Shown in pieces: positions 32,045-38,709 of a DNA stretch of 38,709 nucleotides. This DNA is from Candidatus Hadarchaeota archaeon (GTDB lineage Archaea; Hadarchaeota; Hadarchaeia; Hadarchaeales; Hadarchaeaceae). How positions within the stretch are numbered: the stretch's first letter is position 1; each line of letters opens with the position of its first letter. Both the position numbers and the translations under genes were made by a program. Under the pieces are notes generated by a model. The model did not search any database, was not told the DNA's origin, and worked only from the letters and a program-made list of their open reading frames with translations. Where the stretch lies: assembly GCA_964446015.1 (NCBI GenBank), contig CAYUMT010000003.1:4251-42959 (forward strand). The letters run 5' to 3'.

Positions 32045-32833
32045 ATGAAGAACAGGCTCGCGCAGTTGATCCAGCGTGATGGCAGGGCCATGTTTTTGCC
32101 GATAGATCATGGTTACTTCCAAGGACCAACGACCAAGCTGGAGGAGCCGGACAAGACGATTGCGCCTCTTTTGCCTTACGCTGACGCAATAATGCTTACC
32201 AGAGGAATCCTTAGATCGTGTGTAGATCCCTCCAACACAAAACCAGTTATTTTGAGGGTTTCTGGCGGCACCAGCATGGTCAGAAAGGAGGAGCTCGATC
32301 AGGAGGGCATAACTACCTCAGTGAAGGAGGCCATTCGCCTGAACGCCAGCGCGGTTTCCATGTCGATCTTCGTGGGGAGCGGGCACGAGCATGAGTCGCT
32401 GCTGAACCTTTCCAATCTCGTCAACGAGTGCGAGGAGTACGGGATCCCGACGATGGCAGTTACAGCCGTAGGGTCCGAACTGGGCAAGAGAGATTCCCGG
32501 TATCTAGCCTTGGCGAGCAGGATTGCTGCCGAGCTGGGCGCGCGCGTGGTAAAGACATACTACTGCGACGAGGGCTTTGAGAAGGTCGTCCGCGGTTGTC
32601 CTGTGCCGATAGTTATAGCAGGTGGACCCAAGGTGGAATCTGAACTTGAAGTATTCAACTGGATTTACGATGCCATTCAGAAGGGGGCGATCGGCGTGAA
32701 CCTAGGCAGAAACATCTGGCAACATGATTACCCGGTAGCCATGGTTAGGGCGGTTCGTGCTGTGATTCATGAAAACGCCACGCCTAAAGAGGCGCAACAG
32801 TTGTTCGAGGAAATCAAGAAGGGCAAAAAATAA
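32045..32833 (+). CDS. class I aldolase of the DhnA/FbaB/LsrF family
   Basis: FLPIDHGYFQGPT..LE, ILRVSGG, ARVVKTYY (active-site Lys region), IAGGPK and GVNLGRNIWQ. Start set at the ATG at 32045. Confidence 0.85.
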   Translation: MKNRLAQLIQRDGRAMFLPIDHGYFQGPTTKLEEPDKTIAPLLPYADAIMLTRGILRSCVDPSNTKPVILRVSGGTSMVRKEELDQEGITTSVKEAIRLNASAVSMSIFVGSGHEHESLLNLSNLVNECEEYGIPTMAVTAVGSELGKRDSRYLALASRIAAELGARVVKTYYCDEGFEKVVRGCPVPIVIAGGPKVESELEVFNWIYDAIQKGAIGVNLGRNIWQHDYPVAMVRAVRAVIHENATPKEAQQLFEEIKKGKK

Positions 32834-33043
32834 TTAATTTAATGAAACTCAACATATAACTTGAGTCCTATTATTAAATATTCATTTTTTAACCCATCCT
32901 ATTCTTCCTAGCTTTAAGATCACTGATAAAGAGCTCGTTAATATTCATAGATAGGAACCGATAAACGTTTGACAATATCTGAAGCGGAATAACAGTTAAA
33001 GTATTTATACTATAAGCAGGACTTTAGGTGAGGAAGGTAAAAA

Positions 33044-33625
33044 ATGCCAACACAGGCTAATTCAGCTATGCAGGTAGCTCGTGCAAATCCCGCGCCTCTA
33101 GGATTGATGGGATTTGGAATGACAACGGTTTTGCTCAATCTTTACAATGCTTCGTTGCTCTCGACTGGAGCTCTAAGTATGATATTCGGAATGGGCATTT
33201 TCTACGGCGGTTTAGCTCAAATAATAGCAGGGATACTGGAGTTCAAAAACGGAAACACTTTTGCCACCGTAGCTTTTTGTTCTTATGGCCTCTTCTGGAT
33301 GTCACTTGTGGCACTGTTGGTGTTTCCCAGCTTGGGATGGGCGGCGCCTGTGGACTCGACATCTATGGGGGCATATTTGTTTATGTGGGGGATATTTACG
33401 ACTTACATGTTCGTCGGCACCCTTAAGCTCAAAAAAGGGCTACAGGTCGTTTTCTCCACCTTGGCTATCCTTTTCTTCCTTCTGGCCTTAGGTGATTTTA
33501 CTGGAATTGGTATCATAAAGACCATCGCAGGCTTGGAGGGAATCTTTTGCGGTGCCAGCGCAATTTACGTGGCTTGTGCAGAAGTTTTAAATGAAGTTTA
33601 CAAAAGAGCCGTGCTGCCAGTTTAA
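33044..33625 (+). CDS. satP: acetate/succinate uptake transporter, GPR1/FUN34/YaaH family
   Basis: [18 protein letters not shown] signature, 6 TM helices, 193 aa. Confidence 0.9.
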   Translation: MPTQANSAMQVARANPAPLGLMGFGMTTVLLNLYNASLLSTGALSMIFGMGIFYGGLAQIIAGILEFKNGNTFATVAFCSYGLFWMSLVALLVFPSLGWAAPVDSTSMGAYLFMWGIFTTYMFVGTLKLKKGLQVVFSTLAILFFLLALGDFTGIGIIKTIAGLEGIFCGASAIYVACAEVLNEVYKRAVLPV

Positions 33626-33633
33626 TCGATAAT

Positions 33634-33653
33634 AAAATAAATTAATTTATTTT
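33634..33653. terminator. perfect 20-bp AT-only palindrome between convergent genes, flanked by T-runs
   Basis: AAAATAAATTAATTTATTTT is its own reverse complement. It lies between the satP stop (33625) and the CDF stop (33689). Confidence 0.4.
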
Positions 33654-33688
33654 TTGTTTAATTAGAACTATAAAAGATGCATTCAATT

Positions 33689-34576
33689 TTAATTTCTTTT
33701 TCTTAAGGGCTCCACTTTCACAGTCAGTCTCTTTAAAACGGGCATTTGTTTCATAGCTTTATTTTCGATTTTTTCAACTATTTCGTTAGCGGCATAAACC
33801 GAGAGTTTTCCGTCAACTTTTATGTGCATCTCTCCCATGACGTAGGGTCCGGATTGCCTCAACAAAACCTCATGAACTTCTTTAACGCCCTTCACACTCT
33901 CGGCTATTTCCTTGATGTTGCCTCTTACTCCCTTGCAGCTGCAACCGTCCAATAGTATAAGTGAGGATTCCTTTATGGCCCCATATGATACCACAAATAT
34001 GAAGATGGATATTATCATGCCAGCGATGGACTCGACCTGATGGAACCCCATGTAGGAGAAAGCGAGTCCAATAAAAACTATAGATGATGCCATCCCCGTC
34101 TTTATAGAATTCTTAGCATCAGTCTTCAAGGATAATGAACCTAGTCTTTTTGCGACTCTGCCCTTGTATATCGCCAGCACATAAAATGATATGGCGGAGA
34201 GCAATGAGACCAACAGGGCGACCAAAGGGAAATCCAAAGCTCTGGGCGAGATAAATGACATGTATGATGAATAAAGAAACCATGCGCCCAGCGCGGTTAG
34301 AAAGATGGCCACGATCATCGAGGCGAAAGTTTCCGTCTTGTAGTAGCCGAACTGAAATCTTTCACTTGGATTTTTCTTTAACAACTTCAACCCGATTAAC
34401 ACTATTACCGAAACAAAAGCGTCGGCCAGCGTGTGGATGCCGTCGGCCCTCATCGCCACGCTGTTAGATAATAGGCCTACGGAAAATATGAGTATCCCTA
34501 GTGCAACCAGCACTGTAATTGATATCTCGGTAATTCTTTCACCGCTTTTGAGGGGAGATTCCGCCTGCATTTTCAT
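33689..34576 (-). CDS. cation diffusion facilitator (CDF) family metal efflux transporter
   Basis: 6 TM helices, ADGIHTLADA in TM2, HxxxD-like motif in TM5, and a C-terminal cytoplasmic domain (VKEVHEVLLRQSGPYVMGEMHI). Confidence 0.9.
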   Translation of the reverse strand: MKMQAESPLKSGERITEISITVLVALGILIFSVGLLSNSVAMRADGIHTLADAFVSVIVLIGLKLLKKNPSERFQFGYYKTETFASMIVAIFLTALGAWFLYSSYMSFISPRALDFPLVALLVSLLSAISFYVLAIYKGRVAKRLGSLSLKTDAKNSIKTGMASSIVFIGLAFSYMGFHQVESIAGMIISIFIFVVSYGAIKESSLILLDGCSCKGVRGNIKEIAESVKGVKEVHEVLLRQSGPYVMGEMHIKVDGKLSVYAANEIVEKIENKAMKQMPVLKRLTVKVEPLRKRN

Positions 34577-34683
34577 CGTATTCTTATCAGAAGTTATTAA
34601 ATAAACTCATTTTGTTATTTCAAAAATCCACATGAGTCGTGAGTTTAAAAAATCATTTAAACAAGGAATAGTTAAAGCCGTTC

Positions 34684-35709
34684 ATGCGCGTCGCCATGTA
34701 CTATAACAACAGAGACGTAAGGGTCGAGGAGATGCCCGTGCCCAAGATAGGCACCGGTGAATTTCTAATGAAGGTCATGGCATCCGGCATATGCGGTACC
34801 GACGTGCTCGAATGGTACCGGATCAAGAAAGCCCCACGAGTGTTAGGCCATGAGGCAACCGGGGAAATCGACGAGGTAGGGCAAGGTGTAAAGGGGTACA
34901 AAGTGGGTGATAGGGTTTTTGTTTCTCACCACGTTCCATGCGGAACTTGTCGCTATTGCAGAATAGGACACGAAACAGCGTGCGAAACATTGCACTCGAC
35001 AAACTACGATCCAGGTGGATTTGCCGAATACATCCGCGTTCCAAAGATAAACGTGAAACTGGGCGTCTACACTCTCCCCAAAGAGCTGTCTTTCGAGGAT
35101 GGGACTTTTATCGAGCCCTTAGCATGCGTGGTGCGGGGGCAAAGGTTGTTGGATGTCAAAGCCGATGACACTGTCATTGTACTGGGAAGCGGTCTTTCTG
35201 GCCTGCTTCACATGCAACTAGCTTCAATTAAGGGCGTTGAACGAATACTCGCCACCGACGTAAACGAATACCGTTTGAATGCCGCAAAGAAATTTGGCGC
35301 ATATGGGGCGATAAATGCCGAAGAAGACTTGCCCAAAAAACTCCTTGAGCTCAACGATGGCAGGCTCGCGGACAAAGTTATAGTATGCACCGGCGCTCCA
35401 TCAGCCAGCAGACAAGCCCTACAATGCGTGGACCGCGGAGGCAAAATTCTATTTTTCGCGGTACCCGAACCCGGAGTCGACATCCCATTGCCATTAGTCG
35501 ATTTCTGGCGTAATGAAATAGCTGTAATGACTTCCTACGGTGCTGCCCCGAGGGACTTGGAGGAATCATTGAGGCTGCTGACCAAACAAATGATAAACGT
35601 GCGGGACATGATAACGCACCGGCTGGACCTGGCTCAAGTGAGGCTCGGTTTTAAGCTTGTGGCCGAGGCTAAGGATTCCCTTAAGGTTATAATCGAGCCG
35701 CAGAGATGA
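34684..35709 (+). CDS. zinc-dependent alcohol/polyol dehydrogenase (MDR family)
   Basis: ICGTD, GHEATGEIDEVG..V..YKVGDRV, structural-zinc CGTCRYCRIGHETAC, and GSGLSG Rossmann motif. Confidence 0.9.
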   Translation: MRVAMYYNNRDVRVEEMPVPKIGTGEFLMKVMASGICGTDVLEWYRIKKAPRVLGHEATGEIDEVGQGVKGYKVGDRVFVSHHVPCGTCRYCRIGHETACETLHSTNYDPGGFAEYIRVPKINVKLGVYTLPKELSFEDGTFIEPLACVVRGQRLLDVKADDTVIVLGSGLSGLLHMQLASIKGVERILATDVNEYRLNAAKKFGAYGAINAEEDLPKKLLELNDGRLADKVIVCTGAPSASRQALQCVDRGGKILFFAVPEPGVDIPLPLVDFWRNEIAVMTSYGAAPRDLEESLRLLTKQMINVRDMITHRLDLAQVRLGFKLVAEAKDSLKVIIEPQR

Positions 35710-36466
35710 AGTCATTTACGAACTTTGATCCACTGTTAAAATCCTCAATTATATCTGAGCCGGGCTTGTACTCCAGACAGATTAACCCATTGAATTTTTC
35801 CTTGACAATTTTCATGATAGGCCCAAATTCTATCGAACCTTGTCCCGGAGGTCGAGAATCGGTGTCTCGGAGCTGCAGCTCTGAGATGTCATTGATATGA
35901 TCTTTGATAACTTCTGCGACATCTTCTTCGTTGTCATGTATGTGCATGGTGTCTGCCATCAAGCGCAAATTTCTGGAGTCCAAATCGCTAACCAATCTAT
36001 ATACGTCAGAAACGCTGGGGAGAAATGAAGTCCTGTTTTTGCCCAGAGGTTCGATTGAAACCGTAATGTTCAGTTTTTCTCCCAGCTTGCCTAGTTTTTT
36101 GTAGGTCTCCAGACATCTTTTTAGTGGGGTTTTAGTTAATGGTTCACCATAAACAATAGTAGTCACCGCGTTTTTTGCCCCAACCGCTGATGCCATTCTT
36201 ATCGTCTCCTCAGCGTGGCGCACGGCAGCCTTACGCTCCCCGTCGTTGTCGCTCAACATGTTGAGGCTGTGCAGTCGATATGCCTGTACCGACCAAATTG
36301 GCGCGTTAAAACTTTGCAAAGTGTTAATGATTTCCCCCAATTTCTTTTTTTCATCGTTGACCAATTCCAACCACATGACGCGAGACTCCAGCACGCTTAG
36401 TTTTTCCCTTAGATTGGCGCCAGGTACAGCAGGTTCAACACAGCCCAACGGTAAATTTTTATCCAC
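35687..36466 (-). CDS. sugar phosphate isomerase/epimerase (xylose-isomerase-like TIM barrel)
   Basis: 259 aa. VSIEPL, MADTMHIH and LQL.D....PG.G.I.F blocks of the AP_endonuc_2 fold. Its 3' end overlaps the ADH 3' end by 23 nt (convergent). Confidence 0.8.
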   Translation of the reverse strand: MDKNLPLGCVEPAVPGANLREKLSVLESRVMWLELVNDEKKKLGEIINTLQSFNAPIWSVQAYRLHSLNMLSDNDGERKAAVRHAEETIRMASAVGAKNAVTTIVYGEPLTKTPLKRCLETYKKLGKLGEKLNITVSIEPLGKNRTSFLPSVSDVYRLVSDLDSRNLRLMADTMHIHDNEEDVAEVIKDHINDISELQLRDTDSRPPGQGSIEFGPIMKIVKEKFNGLICLEYKPGSDIIEDFNSGSKFVNDFISAARL

Positions 36467-36513
36467 CTAAGCGACCGACCCTCAGCTAGATTATTTCCTT
36501 CGTGTTTAAAGTG

Positions 36514-36529
36514 TACATATGTAGCTACA
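36514..36529. promoter_or_regulatory. two overlapping perfect 10-bp palindromes upstream of padR (candidate operator)
   Basis: TACATATGTA (36514-36523) and TGTAGCTACA (36520-36529), immediately upstream of TTTATATA (36537-36544). Confidence 0.4.
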
Positions 36530-36536
36530 CTACACA

Positions 36537-36544
36537 TTTATATA
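36537..36544 (+). promoter_or_regulatory. TATA box candidate of the PadR-ABC2 operon
   Basis: TTTATATA lies 23-30 nt before the ATG at 36567, implying a leaderless or near-leaderless transcript. Confidence 0.4.
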
Positions 36545-36566
36545 GGAAGGCTACATAGGGGGTAAG

Positions 36567-36950
36567 ATGCTCGTGATAAGCGAGGATAAGAAATTACAGG
36601 CAAATGTAGGCAGGGAAATGAGGCGCGGCTTCCTGAGCTGGTGGATACTTTGGATACTAAAAAAGAGTGGGGCCCGGATGTATGGTTACGAGATCATCCA
36701 GACTATCGATAAAACCACACATGGCAGATGGGCGCCTAAAGCGGGCACGATATATCCTATACTTAGGAGGCTCGAGGGCAAGGGTTACGTGAGAAGCGAG
36801 TGGAGCTCTTCCAAAGCCACCGGGCCAAGCCGCCGATATTACAAAATAACTCCCAAAGGCAAACTAGCTATTAAAAGGATATTTATGGAGTGGAAGAGGC
36901 TGATGGGTGGATTTAAGGGGTTTCTCAATGAACTCTTTGGGGTCGATTAG
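36567..36950 (+). CDS. PadR family transcriptional regulator
   Basis: ILWILKK...MYGYEIIQTI.......W.PKAGTIYPILRRLEGKGYVRSEW winged-helix motif. Confidence 0.85.
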   Translation: MLVISEDKKLQANVGREMRRGFLSWWILWILKKSGARMYGYEIIQTIDKTTHGRWAPKAGTIYPILRRLEGKGYVRSEWSSSKATGPSRRYYKITPKGKLAIKRIFMEWKRLMGGFKGFLNELFGVD

Positions 36951-37943
36951 ATGGGCAAAAAATACGCGATAGAAACCGATAACGTCACGCGGAATTTCGG
37001 AGACTTGGTGGCGGTGGATCACGTTAACATAAAGATAAAGTACGGGGAAATTTTCGGTTTACTGGGTCCCAACGGCGCGGGAAAGACAACGCTGACCCAC
37101 ATGCTTTCCACTATGTTATGTCCGACCTCTGGAACTGCAAACGTGATTGGCTACGACATTTGTAAGGACCCCGATAAGGTTAGGGCATCAATCGGGATCG
37201 TCTTTCAGGAGCCATCGCTCGACGGCAACCTGACTGGCAGGGAAAACTTGGATTTCCACGGCAGGATGTACGGCATGACGAAGGAGAACAGGGGAAAGCG
37301 GATAAGTGAGGTGCTCAATATTGTAGGCCTTGAGAATCGCGCAGATTCCTTGGTCAAGACCTACTCGGGCGGCATGAAGCGGAGGCTGGAAATTGCCAGG
37401 GGGCTGATGCACCGTCCGAAAATTCTATTTTTGGACGAGCCAACGCTTGGCCTAGATGCCCAAACTAGGCGAGTTGTTTGGGAGCAGGTGGAGAAACTTA
37501 ACAAAACGGAGAAGATTACCATCCTCCTCACCACCCACTACATCGAGGAGGCCGACTATCTTTGTGATCGCGTCGGTATAATCGACAGCGGCAAGATAGT
37601 GGCCCTCGACACACCCAAGGCGCTGAAGGACAAGCTCAAGGGGGATGTCGTTTACCTGAAGGTCACGGACCTAAAAAAGTTCCTATCAATTTTCCAGAAG
37701 AGCAAACTAGTGAACGAGGCAAAAACTGCCAGAGATAGTATACAGCTACAGGTAGTGGATGGTAGTAAGACAATCCCAAAAATAATCGAAATCGTCAGGA
37801 AAAATGGTGGTCAGGTTCAAGAGGTCAGCTTGAAGAGGCCGTCACTTGAGGATGTCTTCATTAAATACACAGGAAAGACGATAAGGGAGGAGGGCCCTGA
37901 CGTAAGCTCCAGGTTCAGGATGCACGGTCCCATGAGGAGATAA
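36951..37943 (+). CDS. ABC transporter ATP-binding protein (ABC-2/DrrA-like exporter)
   Basis: GPNGAGKTT, YSGGMKRRLEIARGL and LFLDEPTLGLD. It starts directly after the padR stop. Confidence 0.93.
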   Translation: MGKKYAIETDNVTRNFGDLVAVDHVNIKIKYGEIFGLLGPNGAGKTTLTHMLSTMLCPTSGTANVIGYDICKDPDKVRASIGIVFQEPSLDGNLTGRENLDFHGRMYGMTKENRGKRISEVLNIVGLENRADSLVKTYSGGMKRRLEIARGLMHRPKILFLDEPTLGLDAQTRRVVWEQVEKLNKTEKITILLTTHYIEEADYLCDRVGIIDSGKIVALDTPKALKDKLKGDVVYLKVTDLKKFLSIFQKSKLVNEAKTARDSIQLQVVDGSKTIPKIIEIVRKNGGQVQEVSLKRPSLEDVFIKYTGKTIREEGPDVSSRFRMHGPMRR

Positions 37944-37944
37944 A

Positions 37945-38706
37945 ATGCCAGCGACTCAGGTTATCTACACTCTCTGGCTCAGGGAGATAAAATGGTTCAT
38001 CAGGGGCAAGATGAGGATAATCCAGTCCGTGGTCCAGCCGTTCTTGTGGTTGGCGATCATCGGCGTGGGTATGAGCTCATCTTTCAAACTGCCACTACCG
38101 GGCGGCTTTAGCTACTTGCAGTTTATGGCTCCCGGGATAGTCGGGATGACTCTTTTATTTTCATCTACTATGTCGGGCGTTTCCGTGCTCTGGGACAAGC
38201 AGTTCGGTTTTATGAAGGAGATATTGGTTGCCCCAGTCTCAAGAACCCATATAATGCTTGGAAAAGCTTTAGGTGGCGTGACGACCTCGTTGTTTCAAGG
38301 AATATTGCTCCTGCTCGCAGCTGGAATAATTGGCGTTTGGCCGCCGAACATCGGCGCGTTTGTACAAGTTTTGCTGTTCATGATATTCATCTCCCTTAGC
38401 TTTGTATCACTTGGTCTTGCAATGGCCTCTAGAATGTCGGATCCAATAGCTTTTCCCATGGTAATCAACTTCTTGATTATGCCTCTTTACTTCCTATCCG
38501 GTGCTCTATTCATACTCGGGATGGCCCCGGATTGGATGAAAGCAATAGCTTACTTCAATCCACTCAGGTATGGCGTAGACGGTCTAAGAGGAGCGATTTT
38601 GGGGATCTCGGATTTCTCGCTTTTGTTAGACTTTGGCGTGTTGTTCTTTTTCTCCTTAGCAATGGTACTCTTAGGCGGTTATCTATTTAGAAAGACATCG
38701 GCATAG
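37945..38706 (+). CDS. ABC-2 type transporter permease
   Basis: 253 aa, 6 TM helices, typical ABC2_membrane pattern. It starts 1 nt after the ATPase stop. Confidence 0.88.
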   Translation: MPATQVIYTLWLREIKWFIRGKMRIIQSVVQPFLWLAIIGVGMSSSFKLPLPGGFSYLQFMAPGIVGMTLLFSSTMSGVSVLWDKQFGFMKEILVAPVSRTHIMLGKALGGVTTSLFQGILLLLAAGIIGVWPPNIGAFVQVLLFMIFISLSFVSLGLAMASRMSDPIAFPMVINFLIMPLYFLSGALFILGMAPDWMKAIAYFNPLRYGVDGLRGAILGISDFSLLLDFGVLFFFSLAMVLLGGYLFRKTSA

Positions 38707-38709
38707 GTT

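Noticed and set aside
1-38709. CRISPR arrays, rRNA genes, IS elements or transposases, and toxin-antitoxin or classical defence gene pairs.
   Set aside because: No regularly spaced direct repeats, rRNA-like sequence, DDE or HUH transposase motifs, or recognisable defence ATPase/nuclease combinations were seen. The GIY-YIG gene stands alone.

Overview
Archaeal chromosomal segment. Evidence: TATA-like boxes about 25-35 nt ahead of many starts, GGTGA-type Shine-Dalgarno motifs, RNase Z, Trm-G10, a UPF0200/UPF0201 pair, tungsten AOR, pilin-like N-termini, and a tRNA with encoded CCA and an intron-like D-loop insertion. The lineage cannot be fixed by eye; the gene content suggests an anaerobe. About 47 protein genes are supportable. 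0-8.4 kb holds redox and hydrogenase-maturation genes: a truncated HydB/AsrA-like gene, hypD, hypC, an FTR-like protein, AOR, a RAM-domain/UPF0200/UPF0201 operon and NfnAB/SudBA. 8.6-16.4 kb is housekeeping: two radical SAM genes, rnz, Trm-G10, prs, an MBL hydrolase, DUF504 and a CPA2 antiporter. 17.1-21.4 kb is a tightly coupled six-gene minus-strand operon in which every product starts with a pilin-like hydrophobic helix. No ATPase, platform protein or prepilin peptidase gene is in the window. A phased triple quasi-palindromic motif and a solitary GIY-YIG gene lie upstream of it. 23.9-27.4 kb is an AbrB-regulated MacB-type ABC module with a COG1361-like surface protein. The best candidate for a novel system is at 27.5-31.5 kb. 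This ~4-kb islet is bracketed by nested direct repeats derived from tRNA 3' ends. It carries a fused HgcA-HgcB-like corrinoid/ferredoxin membrane protein with an altered cap helix, translationally coupled to a SAM methyltransferase, plus a membrane-anchored class I methyltransferase and an ICMT/PEMT-type membrane methyltransferase. The right end holds an aldolase, SatP, a CDF transporter, an ADH, a TIM-barrel isomerase and a PadR-ABC2 operon. No CRISPR array, rRNA gene, transposase or integrase was seen. All family calls come from motif recognition by eye; no database search was run.
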